Assembly (NCBI RefSeq): GCF_001194135.2 | Contig: NC_068981.1 | Coordinates: 73,451,011-73,498,584 of the forward strand | DNA from: Octopus bimaculoides | Lineage: Eukaryota | Length of the DNA: 47,574 nt | Reading direction: 5' to 3' | In this document: positions 12,351 through 24,850 of the stretch, piece by piece | How positions within the stretch are numbered: position 1 is the stretch's first letter | How the letters are laid out: every line of letters starts with the position of its first letter | The notes under the pieces: generated by a model | Database searches by the model: none | The model's input: the letters and a program-made list of their open reading frames with translations, nothing else | Told to the model about the DNA's origin: nothing | Program-made: the position numbers and the translations under genes

Positions 12351-14129
12351 ACTTGTGCATGAGCAGGCGACGGAAATAGGTTGTGGTGGGGAAAGTTAGT
12401 AATCTACAAAACGTAATTAAGGTGATTAGCTGGGCGGCTAAATGAAGCACAAATGATTTTCCAGTCACTGTTTACCTATAACAATAGCGGCAAATTTTAT
12501 CTTCGCATCCAATAGGCTGTGCATACATGGTACTGACTAAGCCCAACAAAGCAGAAATGCACATCAAGCGTTCACACTGTTGCTGTAAGACGATTTTTGG
12601 CTACCACCGATATAGTTGTATTTTTAAGCACAGTACATCCATAAGGAATATTATCTCCGAACGAATACCACAGCAGATTTGTCTTTCAGCGATGTATTTG
12701 TATTAGATATAATACACAGACGGCTATTTATTTATTTAAATATTATTTATTCATTATCTTATATTTTATTTAATGCTTATTATTGTATACGTTGTTTTGC
12801 GCCCTGTTAGTAACCTTGAAGCTTTTATTAAGCGTTGACCCAAACTCTTCCTTTGCTCGACATTATATTTAAAAATTGGAATATTTCCTTGGTGCCTAAA
12901 CTCTGATAGTGGAATTTTTCTGAATATTGTTACCAAACACACATGTAAGTAAATATTGGCACTGCCTATATACTATCTAATATTTCATCGAAGATTTCTT
13001 TTTTAACGTTTATTAACTATGATAATTTTTTTCTGTATTTTCTGATATTTTCATGTTTTTTTTCTGACCTCATAGACATCAAATGACATCTCGTCCTCGT
13101 TTTTCTTTTCAATATTCTTCGCGGCACCTGCTGATGTTTTGAAATCTGTGATATTAATATACATTATTCATTAATTTTCCAACACATCCATTTGATGGAA
13201 CAAAGATACTTTGTATTCTTATAGTTTTATTGATAGTAAAGGTTTTTTATTCAGCAGTTATGATTTTTGAGTACTGTAATAATAACAGTACGTTTTACCT
13301 CTGTACTTTAATTTTTTCTCGTGGTTTGATGTTGTATATATTCGTTGGAATTATAGTCTTTCTTTAATAATAAATATGGTTTCTATACACAGATGCCTAC
13401 AAATAAGAATAATGAAAATAAGAGTGATAGAAATAAAGTTTATAAGAATGGGTATATCTAGATTGATTATAAGAAATAACTTGTTATATTGTGTATTTTT
13501 GGCTATTTTGATATTGTTGATTTTAATTAAATAATTAGTATTTGTTATTATTGCGCTCGTTTAATACTTTTGGTCTCTCTGCTTCTTGTCAAATCCATGT
13601 TTCCTCGATAGGGACTATGACCAATTAGGAATTGAATATCTTGATTAAAAGTATACAAGTTTCAAACAGAAACAAAGACTGCTTTAAGCGTTCCAAAATC
13701 TTTGAAAATACATCTCAGTATTGCAATGAAGTTTTAGTTAAATACGGTTTCAAAGATAAAAAAACAAAAATAAAATAAAATAACTTTTTTCCCCCGGCCA
13801 CAATATCACTGATTTTAATAGAAATACATTTTGAAAAGGAGTTGAGGAGCGATGTTATTTGGTTCACTCTTCTGTTTAATATCTTTATAAGATACTCGAA
13901 TGGCATATACTTTTTAAAACTTATTTTTAAAAAGTCCACCTACAATGAAAATACTACTAAATTTTAAATAAAATCACTACTAAAATCTCCTATTCAGCTT
14001 CTAACTTTGACTAAAATTTACTCATATCTGTTCGTAATACTATTTGTAAATTCAATACGCCTGGTACTTACAAACCAGTAGAAATATTAAAAATACTCTC
14101 CACATTCTAGGTGTCTCTTTTCATCTTTT

Positions 14130-14354
14130 TATCTTTTACTTGTTTCAGCCATTAGACTGCTATCATATTGGGGCCATGAAGAATTTTAGTCGAACGAATC
14201 GATCTTAGTATTTATTTTCTGAAGCTATTGGTCTCTTTTGCCTAACCGCTAGCTTACTGGAACGTAAACATACAAACAACGGTTGTCAAGCAGTGAAAGG
14301 AGATACAGACACAAAGACACGCACAAATAAATAAATAAATAAATAAATAAATAA

Positions 14355-14411
<57 letters not shown>

Positions 14412-14835
14412 CTATGATCTCTGTTGACAGGCCGCTGGTATTCATAACCACTTTCGGTATGCAAATTAGGGACTCCTTTATAGAGTAACTGCTGCATTTA
14501 TTGAGTATATAAACAGTTTGGCTGTTTATCTCTCTCGAGACTGTCAGAATGATGTAGACTCCTATGAATAGAAGCCTGTAAGGTTCAAAAATTGATTAAG
14601 GTGGTTCAACGTTATTTTTTTCAGTCTGCGGAAAAATGGCTAAAATTTGCCCTGTTTATAATTTATACCATATGTTATCTATACACGCACACGACTGACT
14701 TCTCTCAGATTCCGTTTACCAAATCTTTGGTCGGCCTGAATCTATTGTAGAAGACACTTGCCCAAGGTGCAACGCGACGGGACTGAACCTGTGAGCATGT
14801 ACTTGGGAAGCAAGCTTTTTATCATACAGACATGC
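14130..14835 (-). mobile_element. Diverged SINE B copy interrupted by (AAAT)n/(GT)n and ~250 bp insert
   Basis: GTAGAAGACACTTGCCCAAGGTGC at ~14745-14770 and 3' end TTACTTGTTTCAGCCATT at ~14137. Confidence 0.75.
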
Positions 14836-15179
14836 TTAACTTTTCTATTTATTTATTCGTTCACAGCCATATATAGGTCCCTCACTCCCCCCACCCCAAA
14901 AAAAACATTACTGGAAGAGTGGGATAAAGTTACTTTCAAAGTTGGGCTCTTCACTGAAATGCAACAGACTGGGATCCGCTAAAGTCACCTAAGGTTGTAG
15001 GTGGTGGTGATAAACCGAGCGATGGATTAAGTCAGTCGTCCATGCAGGCCATGTAGGTAGGATACAAACTGCCGGTATAAATACTGCAAAATATCTACAA
15101 AGACGTGTAGAATGTCTCGTCTCCCTTTATTCAAGACGTTACCAGTGTAAATTACTGGTTTATACTTTTAGGTTATACA

Positions 15180-15703
15180 CGCCAGGTCTGATCAAAAACT
15201 ATCGACATTGTTGCTATGGTAACAGAGTTAAAGTATGCAGAGTGAAGTCGCTTGGCACAGGTTGACTTTCAATTGTCACGCATGCGTACTAGGTTATAAC
15301 TTTCTCGCTCGCTTCCGTTGTTTATAGCAGTGCTCGGAATTGAAGTATATAGAGTGTGGTCGTCTCAAAAAGAAAATCGGGTTTCAGCTGCACAGGGTCT
15401 CCTTGATTGTGCTGAGGAAAACGAAAACTTTTTGGAAACAGTAATAAACAGGTGATCCCGAAACAAAGGCTCGGTCTTTGCAGTGAAAGATCCTATCTAG
15501 ATATTTCAAGACGTCGAAGAAATCCAAAGGAATGCGATGAGAAAACGGAGTTCAGAGAATGCTTCCATTAATGGAAACGACACTGGATAAAGTATGTGGC
15601 TTTAGAAGGAGACTACTTCGAAGGAAATAAAATGGCGAATTGATATGTGTTGCTGTTTTCTTTTTATAACACCAGTCCTGATATATTTTGACCAGATCTC
15701 GTA
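15180..15703 (+). mobile_element. Internally deleted mariner (Tc1/mariner) element
   Basis: Imperfect TIRs (CAGGTCTGATCAAAAACTATC / GATATATTTTGACCAGATCTCG followed by TA); transposase remnants QKENRVSAAQGLLDCAEENENFLETV, DPETKARSLQ*K and ECFH*WKRHWIKYVALEGDYFEGNK (mariner C-terminus). Confidence 0.85.
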
Positions 15704-16040
15704 TGTTCCATCTGCTGCCGCTTACATTGAATGCTTTGATTTTTTTTTTATCGACTATGTTTTACTTTGCGATCCCATGTATGTTGTGACAATGATGTGG
15801 AATGATTCGTTCTTTGAAGTGAATCAATGATATCTTGTGTTTATCAGACTTAGATCTTTTTCTGTTAACCCGATAATATCATTTCGATTCCACTTTTTAT
15901 CTTTACACAGGTTGTGTATCCCCAGCGGTTTTGGATACAATTTTCTAGTTTAGAATATTTCTACAGTTGCATTCAAGTAGTGGTTATGTCATGTTACTAG
16001 ATTTTCAGATTTAGTTGGAGATATGTGAGATTTATATTAT

Positions 16041-16450
16041 ACTCTTTTACTCTTTCACTTGCTTCAGTCATTTGACTGCGGCCATGCTGGAGCACCGCCT
16101 TTAGTCGAGCAAATCGACCCCAGGACTTATTCTTTGTAAGCCTAGTACTTATTCTATCGGTCTCTTTTGCTAAGTTACGGGGACGTAAACACACCAGCAT
16201 CGTTTGTCGAGCGATGTTGGTGGGGGGACAAACAGAGACACACAAACATACACACACGCACACATATATATAAATATACATATATACGACGGGCTTCTTT
16301 CAGTTTACGTCTACCAAATCCACTCACAAGGCTTTGGTCGGCCTGAGGCTATAGTAGAAGACACTTGCCCAAGGTGCCACGCAGTGGCACTGAACACGGA
16401 ACCATGTGGTTGGTAGGCGAGCTACTTACCACACAGCCACTCCTACGCCT
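16041..16450 (-). mobile_element. Full-length SINE family B (tRNA head plus CORE-like block)
   Basis: Colinear with 30929-31332; head AGGCGTAGGAGTGGCTGTGTGGTAAG, CORE-like GGCACCTTGGGCAAGTGTCTT, central TA/TG microsatellite, tail GTAAAAGAGT. Resembles octopus CORE-type SINEs (family name not confirmed). Confidence 0.9.
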
Positions 16451-17623
16451 ATGTAAATAATCACAACAGTTTTTATATAATTAAAAAGCAAAAAAAAAAA
16501 CCTCTTCTGTTGCATCTTTGTGAAACGAAGAACAGTATACTTGTCAGCGACTAAGCGATTATTGCTACGTTTGTGGAGGGTTGCACCAACTTTACATCTC
16601 GTTATATTCAGTGTTGTTTTGTGTATTGCAGTTTGTCTTTATAACTACTTCTANNNNNNNNNNNNNNNNNNNNNNNNNNNNNNNNNNNNNNNNNNNNNNN
16701 NNNNNNNNNNNNNNNNNNNNNNNNNNNNNNNNNNNNNNNNNNNNNNNNNNNNNNNNNNNNNNNNNNNNNNNNNNNNNNNNNNNNNNNNNNNNNNNNNNNN
16801 NNNNNNNNNNNNNNNNNNNNNNNNNNNNNNNNNNNNNNNNNNNNNNNNNNNNNNNNNNNNNNNNNNNNNNNNNNNNNNNNNNNNNNNNNNNNNNNNNNNN
16901 NNNNNNNNNNNNNNNNNNNNNNNNNNNNNNNNNNNNNNNNNNNNNNNNNNNNNNNNNNNNNNNNNNNNNNNNNNNNNNNNNNNNNNNNNNNNNNNNNNNN
17001 NNNNNNNNNNNNNNNNNNNNNNNNNNNNNNNNNNNNNNNNNNNNNNNNNNNNNNNNNNNNNNNNNNNNNNNNNNNNNNNNNNNNNNNNNNNNNNNNNNNN
17101 NNNNNNNNNNNNNNNNNNNNNNNNNNNNNNNNNNNNNNNNNNNNNNNNNNNNNNNNNNNNNNNNNNNNNNNNNNNNNNNNNNNNNNNNNNNNNNNNNNNN
17201 NNNNNNNNNNNNNNNNNNNNNNNNNNNNNNNNNNNNNNNNNNNNNNNNNNNNNNNNNNNNNNNNNNNNNNNNNNNNNNNNNNNNNNNNNNNNNNNNNNNN
17301 NNNNNNNNNNNNNNNNNNNNNNNNNNNNNNNNNNNNNNNNNNNNNNNNNNNNNNNNNNNNNNNNNNNNNNNNNNNNNNNNNNNNNNNNNNNNNNNNNNNN
17401 NNNNNNNNNNNNNNNNNNNNNNNNNNNNNNNNNNNNNNNNNNNNNNNNNNNNNNNNNNNNNNNNNNNNNNNNNNNNNNNNNNNNNNNNNNNNNNNNNNNN
17501 NNNNNNNNNNNNNNNNNNNNNNNNNNNNNNNNNNNNNNNNNNNNNNNNNNNNNNNNNNNNNNNNNNNNNNNNNNNNNNNNNNNNNNNNNNNNNNNNNNNN
17601 NNNNNNNNNNNNNNNNNNNNNNN

Positions 17624-17702
<79 letters not shown>

Positions 17703-18130
17703 AATTATATATAGTTGTATGAGTGTACATAAATTTATATGCATGTGCGTATCTATAGATGTGTATGTGTATGTGTGCGAGTGCGTGTATGTGTATGTGT
17801 GTGTGTGTGTGTGCGTGCGTGTATGTGTGTGCGTTGGTAGGTATGTGTATGAGCGTGTATATGCATGTACGTGTATGTGTGTATATATATGTGTGTGTGT
17901 GTCNNNNNNNNNNGTACGTGTATGTGTGTATATATATGTGTGTGTGTGTCTATGTAAAATACTAAAAAATAAGTATTTATGTTTAGCCGTTGTCTGTGAA
18001 AATAGAGACATATATATATATGCGTAGATGGATAAACATATATATGTGTATACTGTAAGATTACATGTATATATGTGTATGTACACGTGTTTATGTGATT
18101 GTGTGTGCTTGTATTTAAGTATAGGTACGT
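17624..18130. repeat. Compound (TA)/(TG)/(TATG) microsatellite
   Basis: Directly visible, flanks a 970-nt gap. Confidence 0.95.
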
Positions 18131-18243
18131 TTATATTTGCATGTGTGTATCTAAGGCATTGTATCTATTCACCTTTAGACGGTGGTGAAAGGAACACATA
18201 CAAGCAGCCCTCGATGGAGTAACAGTTATATATATCAGGTTGA

Positions 18244-18298
18244 AAGGCGGTGAGCTGGCAGAAACGTTAGCGCGCCGGGCGAAATGCTTAGCGGTATT
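18244..18298 (+). mobile_element. 5' head (55 nt, A-box only) of SINE family A
   Basis: AAGGCGGTGAGCTGGCAGAAACGTTAGCGCGCCGGGCGAAATGCTTAGCGGTATT, near-identical to 21901-21955, then switches to LINE sequence. Confidence 0.95.
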
Positions 18299-20705
18299 CC
18301 TACCTACTTGGGAAGGCGAACTTCCAAGGTGAAGGTAGGAGAAATTCCGCCGGAGGTCGACGTTGCTTGGCTGGTGGCCGCTGTCGTTTTGGGCTTGGAT
18401 GATAAAATGACAATCCTCCATGCCACGAAAATTCATCAACAAAATTGGCAGGGTTAAAAGCCTGAAAATGTTATTGCAGGCCTCCCAAGATTACCTCGAA
18501 TTGATTGCAGACACCATACGGGTAGGGGATGAAACGATCCTGAGAGTAATGGTGGAGTGCAGAAAGCCAAGATATTTTAAGTGTGGCCAAAAGGGGCACA
18601 TAAGATCTGAATGCCCTCCATCAGTGAAAACAAAAGCTCCCACACCCACTGCGGAAACAGCTGCACCTCCTACAGCGCCAGTGCTCAAAGAGGCAAGCAG
18701 GAAGGAGCAGCAAAGCATGAAAAGAAAAAAGACACAGACCTTGGACAGCGAATAGAGTACAGTAACCAGGAGGAAAAAGAAAAGATCTCACCCTTCTTCT
18801 TTGGACACTTGACCCCAGCCCATGCCCACAGACATTGACACACAAACGGCTCCCACAGTCACCAGTCCCCAACCCTCCACCTCTAACACTAAACTTCCCC
18901 CCCCCCCAGTTACAAACACACATGCAAACATGCAAAACCCTCAAACGTCCCACCCCTTCCTCTCAAAATAAGTTATATCACTGCGTATGATACAAACAAT
19001 GAAAATATAAAAAGTGAAATTGCCACCTGATATCAGTGACGTTCCCATCCACCTAAATTTTATCTACATCGATAGGTCCAACCACAAACGTTTAAAAAAT
19101 TATTTCCAGAGGAGGTTGGCCCTCTAAGAAAAAAACTTTCCGACACCACTGTATAATAGACTCATCAGCATGTCCCTATAGACCACGGATGATGAGTAGG
19201 GTTAATCCTTCTCCAATAAAGGTAAGACCGTTTTTTTTTNNNNNNNNNNNNNNNNNNNNNNNNNNNNNNNNNNNNNNNNNNNNNNNNNNNNNNNNNNNNN
19301 NNNNNNNNNNNNNNNNNNNGGGGGGGCTTCCCTAAATGTAGAGTGTATAAATGTGCGCGGCCCGGGATCGATCAGAAAGCAGGGTTACCTGTGACGAGCT
19401 CAGGTCGCATAGACTGGATGTTGTTGTTATTACTGAAGCCAAACTGAGTGGACCGCAGGCTTTCTCACCCCTGCTAAACGACTACGAGAAAATTATTTCT
19501 CCATGTCAACCGGTAGGGGTGGTTGTGGTGTCGTGGTCCTTCTCAGGAAGACTTTAAAGTTACAGGTAAGAACAATCTTTGTTAACTCGGAGAACAGGCT
19601 GGTCGTCGTTGATGGGACGCACAGCAGTGGTAAGTCCTTCAGGTTGGTGGCTGTATACACTCCTTGTAGAGTGGGACAGTCAGACTTTTTTCGAAGTCTT
19701 GAAAATTTTCTAGGCACGTTACACACTTTAGTGTTGTTAGGAGACTTTAACACAATCTGCGATGCACGCGTAGACTATGTTGGCTCAACTTCTGTTATGA
19801 GGGGTGACTAATACCGCAACGATCTGCTCAGTCGCTTTCAGCTGGCAGGCCGTTACAGACTAGAATTTCCGGACGCTCCAGTGTAGACCTGGTGTAATAG
19901 CGATGGATCTTCTAGGTCTTACCTAAATAGAATTATAGTTAGGAAACTAAATAAAGATTTAGTTAAGTGTCCATGTTTCCATCACGTCTACAACAGTGAT
20001 CACAAATTTGTGACCTGTAGATTAGACTTAGAGAGATTACGTAGACAGGGATCCGGCTACTGGAAACTCAACAAGTCCCTTTTGGATTGTGAAGAGTACA
20101 GGAGTCGGATTATGCAGTTAGTTTTTTTTAGGGCATTAACTGGTGTCATTATTAATAATAAATGGTGGTATGCCCTCAAAAGAGCCATCAAGTTTGAGTC
20201 TGTTAGGTTTAGTAAAGAGTTAGCTCGTAGAAAGAATAGTATAGAAAGGGACTTAGTTAAGGCTCTAGAATAGACACTGAGTACTGGCAATGCGTCCCAA
20301 GTGATGGCCGCGATATTAGCGCTAAACCAGCACCTCGAGGCTAAACACGAGGGATGCATTGTCAAATCTAAGCTATGTGCAGTGGGACGAGAGGGAATCA
20401 ACGCTGTCGGATGGGCCCGTGAGGTAGAGACCCAATGTGGCAATGATGCCACAATAAAGTCTTTGACGAATCTGCAGGAGCATTTGGTAACCGAACCCGA
20501 GGAAATGTGTAAGGTTTTTCAGTAGCATTTCACCCAGCTTTGCGGGAAGGGCGGTGGACCGGAGCGCAGGAGGGACCTCACGGACTTTCTCGTCGATTTG
20601 TCGCGTCTCTCGAGGCGGGAAGCAGATTGCTGTGAGGGATCGCTCACATCTGCGGGGGCCTTATCGGACTGCGGCGGGACAAGTCACCGGGGCTGGACGG
20701 TATGT
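18296..20705 (+). mobile_element. L1/Tx1-clade LINE, 5'- and 3'-truncated: ORF1 C-half with CCHC knuckle, spacer, ORF2 APE endonuclease
   Basis: ORF1: IPTYLGRRTSKVKVGEIPPEVDVAWLVAAVV...KPRYFKCGQKGHIRSECP. ORF2 from ~19325: INVRG, VITEAKL, LVAVYTP, LLGDFN, RSYLNRI, SDHKFV, GYWKLNKSLL, ending near DKSPGLDG; several stops and frameshifts. Confidence 0.92.
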
Positions 20706-21654
20706 AGAATGGAGGTACGTGAATGTGTGTGTGCAATGGAAGTGGGGTAGTGAACATTCGCCGCTGAAAGGAAAAATCAAACAGCATTTCAACTCTGTGT
20801 GAGTATATGTGTGTGTGTATGCGTGTACAAGGGAAGAACGCGAATGTTTGTATGTGTGAACCAGCGTTCTTTTTCAGGAACAAACGATGATCGATGTCGC
20901 ATCTCAAAAGACAACCACTAGATAACATTGACAAATGTATTAGTTTGATTTACCATCCTTGTTTATATATATATAAAAAAAAAACTACAATTACTCGTCA
21001 TTTTTGGAGGCACGGTGCCAGTTAGTATAGAAAATAAATGACACCCAGTCACTGATCATGCAAAAAGCAAATCAGCTAGTTAGAAATCTGCTTGTCAGTG
21101 TTTTCTTTTCTGTTTTTGTTTTAAGAACATTATTTCAAGAACGATACGTAAAGGGTCTGTTTCTTTTGTAATGCATTTAGACAAGTGTCGACTATTATTT
21201 CACAAATAAATGATAAGATAATATTTCTTGTCTATGTTTATAACTTATCAAAAAGGAAATGGTGTGAGTGTGTGTATGTGTAGTGTGTGTGTGTTTATGT
21301 GCGTTTGTATACGTGTGTATGTGCTTGAGTACGTGTCTATGCATGTGTGTCTATGTGTGTGTGCACGTGTATATGTGCGTAGGGGAGCGGAAATGTGTGT
21401 GTATAGATGGAGGTAGTTAAATATGCGCATAGGCGTTAATACGATAAAGCCACCTACGCTCGTTAACAAACATACACACACACTCACACAAATACATAAA
21501 CGTATGCATATGCAAACTGACGCAAACGATGGCATACAACTGCTATTTTTAGCATGTCCGACGACCATGTAGAGATTTTCTTGTTGAATCGTGATCTTGT
21601 TGATTGAGTATTCGTAATTTTCACGGAGATGTAGTTGCTATTGTTATGATGATT

Positions 21655-21900
21655 CGTGGCTTAGTGATAAGGATGTTGCAACTATGATCGCAAGTTTCAA
21701 TTCTCGAGCAGTGCTTTGTGTCTTTGAGCAGACACTTTTACTTTATGTTGCGCTGCGATCACTTCGACATCTGGCGCATGGCACACCTTGCAGCTGTACA
21801 GACAATGTCGATTTGATTGAGAGAGTGAGCTCATGCACAGTACAAACATGTGTCACTATAAACAAATCGACTGGGTAGGTTGTTCAGCAAGAAACTGAAT
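21655..21900 (+). mobile_element. Diverged SINE with family C-type tRNA head and CORE-like block but a different 3' module (F)
   Basis: CGTGGCTTAGTGATAAGG...TGTCTTTGAGCAGACACTTTTACTTTATGTTGC aligns to 25751-25853; downstream sequence does not. Confidence 0.65.
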
Positions 21901-22139
21901 AAGGCGGTGAGCTGGCAGAAACGTTAGCACGCTGGGCGAAATGCTTAACGGTATTTCGTCTGCCGTTAGGTTCTGAGTTCAAATTCCACCGAGGTCGACT
22001 TTGCCTTTCATCCTTTCGGGGTCGATAAATTAAGTACCTGTTACGCACTGGGGTCGATGTAATCGACTTAATTCCTTTGTCTGTCCTTGTTTGTCCCCTC
22101 TATGTTTAGCCCCTTGTGGGCAATAAAGAAATAAGAAAC
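21901..22139 (+). mobile_element. Full-length SINE family A (long-tail variant)
   Basis: Pol III A-box-like GAGCTGGCAGAAACG and B-box-like GAGTTCAAATTCC; more than ten homologous copies in the window. Confidence 0.95.
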
Positions 22140-22338
22140 TGATGAATCGTCTTTCTCGGATTCGACTGAATACCACGACAACGACGACGACCACCACCAA
22201 CAACAGTTATTGTTAATTAGACGTAGGTGATACTGTTCATGTAAATCTATCGTCAAAGAAGTTCTAGCCATTACTTTCCTGACTGTATTTTTCCAAACAG
22301 AGGATTAAGACCTATATTATCTGATGATGTCTTCTTCG

Positions 22339-22368
22339 TATTTTTTAAACACTAGCAAGTGTGTGTGT

Positions 22369-22399
<31 letters not shown>
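22339..22399. repeat. (GT)n microsatellite
   Basis: Directly visible. Confidence 0.98.
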
Positions 22400-22420
<21 letters not shown>

Positions 22421-22599
22421 TTCGGGGGAAATTTGCCTGCTTCCGATGTTTCTTACCATTACTTAGTAGATCTTTATCCCATAGGGCGCGGTGAGTGTGA
22501 GGCAGTGACTAGGATATCCTCATAGCAACACAAGTTCTGCAATCTATTGCACCAACAACAATAACAGCAACAGCAACATCAACAATGGCAACAATACTT

Positions 22600-23660
22600 T
22601 CTACTAAAGGCACTATGCCTGAAATTCGTAGGGAGGAAGTAAGTCGATTACTTCAGCTGCTAGTATTTGACTGGAACGTATTTTATCGACCTCAAAAGGA
22701 TAAAAGGCAAAAAAAAACGTCTCCCATACTGCCTCTTTCGCTATTGCTACAACCGACGAAATACCGCTAAGCATTTCGTCCGGCGTGCTAACGTTTCTTA
22801 TTTCTTTATTGCCCACAAGGGGCTAAACACAGAGGGAACAAAAAAGGGATAAAGTCGATTACATCGACTCTAGTGCGTAACTGGTACTTAATTTATTGAC
22901 CCCGAAAAGACGAAAGGCAAAGTCGACCTCGACGGAATTTGAACTCAGAACGTAACGGCGGACGAAATACCGCTAAGCATTTCGCCCGCCGTGCTAATGT
23001 TTCTGCCAGCTCGCCGCCTTTCTATAAATTATTTATGGCTTAGGTACAAAGCCAACAATTTTGAAGGGAGGGGTGAGTATCGATAATATCCATACCCCAG
23101 TTCTTGAGTGGTACTTTCTTGAAAAGATGAAATTTAAGCTTGGCCTCGGCGGGATTTGAATACAGAACGTAGTATGACCGAATATGGTTGTGCATTTTCC
23201 GGCGCTCGAATTATCCTGCTCGGCGGTGTTCGAACACAGAACAAACACTGCGTGGCGTTTCGTCCTGCTTTTCAACGATTATACCAGTCCACAGTTTTAA
23301 TGATTTCCAAAAATTTCGAGAAGAGGCAAGAGTCGACTGCATCGACCTCAGTTTTTGACTGGTATTCTAGTTTATCAACCTTGGAACGACGAACTCGAAA
23401 CTTAAAAGGATAGATCAAGGCCACATATTTTCTGAGTAGAAATGTGCAATCGATTTTATTGATCCAGTAATTAGCTGGTACATGATCTATCCACCCGAAA
23501 GCATCTGAAGTTGTGTCAACCTCGGAGGGATTCGAACAGCTCGTAAATGATAATTGTAATAATTTCCAAAACATGTGGGAGACAAACAAATTTTGGGTTA
23601 GGTTATTATCGATTATATCGATCCACGTATTTGACTATCACTTATATTATCGATTACTTT
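22600..23660 (-). mobile_element. Pile-up of about six SINE A copies or fragments, including a young full-length copy at 22793-23020
   Basis: Repeated rev-comp matches to family A body and tail motifs at ~22600, 22793, 23040, 23290, 23445 and 23575. Confidence 0.85.
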
Positions 23661-23796
23661 GAGATAAAAGAGAATATAATTGTTGTCCATCGCCAACACA
23701 CAATTTCCTTCTTCATTCCAGATATTGAATTTTTAAAAACTTTCCGAATAAATAAATGAGCTGTGTCATTCTTTATCTTCTGTCATGTTGTGCAAC

Positions 23797-23830
<34 letters not shown>

Positions 23831-24544
23831 NNNNNNNNNNNNNNNNNNNNNNNNNNNNNNNNNNNNNNNNNNNNNNNNNNNNNNNNNNNNNNNNNNNNNC
23901 TCTCTCTCTGTAAAGAAAGGGTACACCATTAAGGGCAATAGATCGAAAATGTGTGCAGTGGGTGGTATGTAGTGGCATCATTGTGTTTATATGCATGTTA
24001 CTATATATGCGTGAGTGTGTGTATCTATATGTGAGGGCATTTGTGTGTCAGTATATATGAATGTATGTGTTTGAAGATATATGTATATATATGTNNNNNN
24101 NNNNNNNNNNNNNNNNNNNNNNNNNNNNNNNNNNNNNNNNNNNNNNNNNNNNNNNNNNNNNNNNNNNNNNNNNNNNNNNNNNNNNNNNNNNNNNNNNNNN
24201 NNNNNNNNNNNNNNNNNNNNNNNNNNNNNNNNNNNNNNNNNNNNNNNNNNNNNNNNNNNNNNNNNNNNNNNNNNNNNNNNNNNNNNNNNNNNNNNNNNNN
24301 NNNNNNNNNNNNNNNNNNNNNNNNNNNNNNNNNNNNNNNNNNNNNNNNNNNNNNNNNNNNNNNNNNNNNNNNNNNNNNNNNNNNNNNNNNNNNNNNNNNN
24401 NNNNNNNNNNNNNNNNNNNNNNNNNNNNNNNNNNNNNNNNTACATGTCTAAGTATATATGTGTGAAGATTTTTGTATATGAATGTATATGTCCGTGGAAT
24501 ATGAGTGAATATGCTTACAAGGGTGCCGTGAGAGAAAGTCTGTG

Positions 24545-24755
24545 CGCTAGTAAGAAATTTGTGAATCGCTGGACAAAATGCTTAGGAGCGTTTCGTTCGT
24601 CGTTAAGCCTTGAGTACAAATTTAGCCGAGGTCGACGTAACCTGTCATCCTTTCGGAGCCGATAAAATAAGAACCGATCAAGTACTGGGATCGAGGTAAT
24701 CGATTTTCCCCTCCCTTCAAGAACTGCTCGCTTTGTTCCGAAATTTGAAACCAAT
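24545..24755 (+). mobile_element. Diverged SINE A copy
   Basis: AAAATGCTTAGG, CCGAGGTCGAC, CATCCTTTCGG, GTAATCGATTTTCCCCTCC motifs in family A order. Confidence 0.8.
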
Positions 24756-24850
24756 GCGTTTGAGTGAATGTGTGGAAGTATGTGCGTGAATGAGTGGATG
24801 TGAGGGTATATGCGTGTGAGAGTATGTGTGTGAGAATAACAGATTCACAG

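Noticed and set aside
12600-13960. Penelope-like ORF in an AT-rich block
   Set aside because: No RT or GIY-YIG motif could be recovered in the minus-strand frames I translated; left unannotated.
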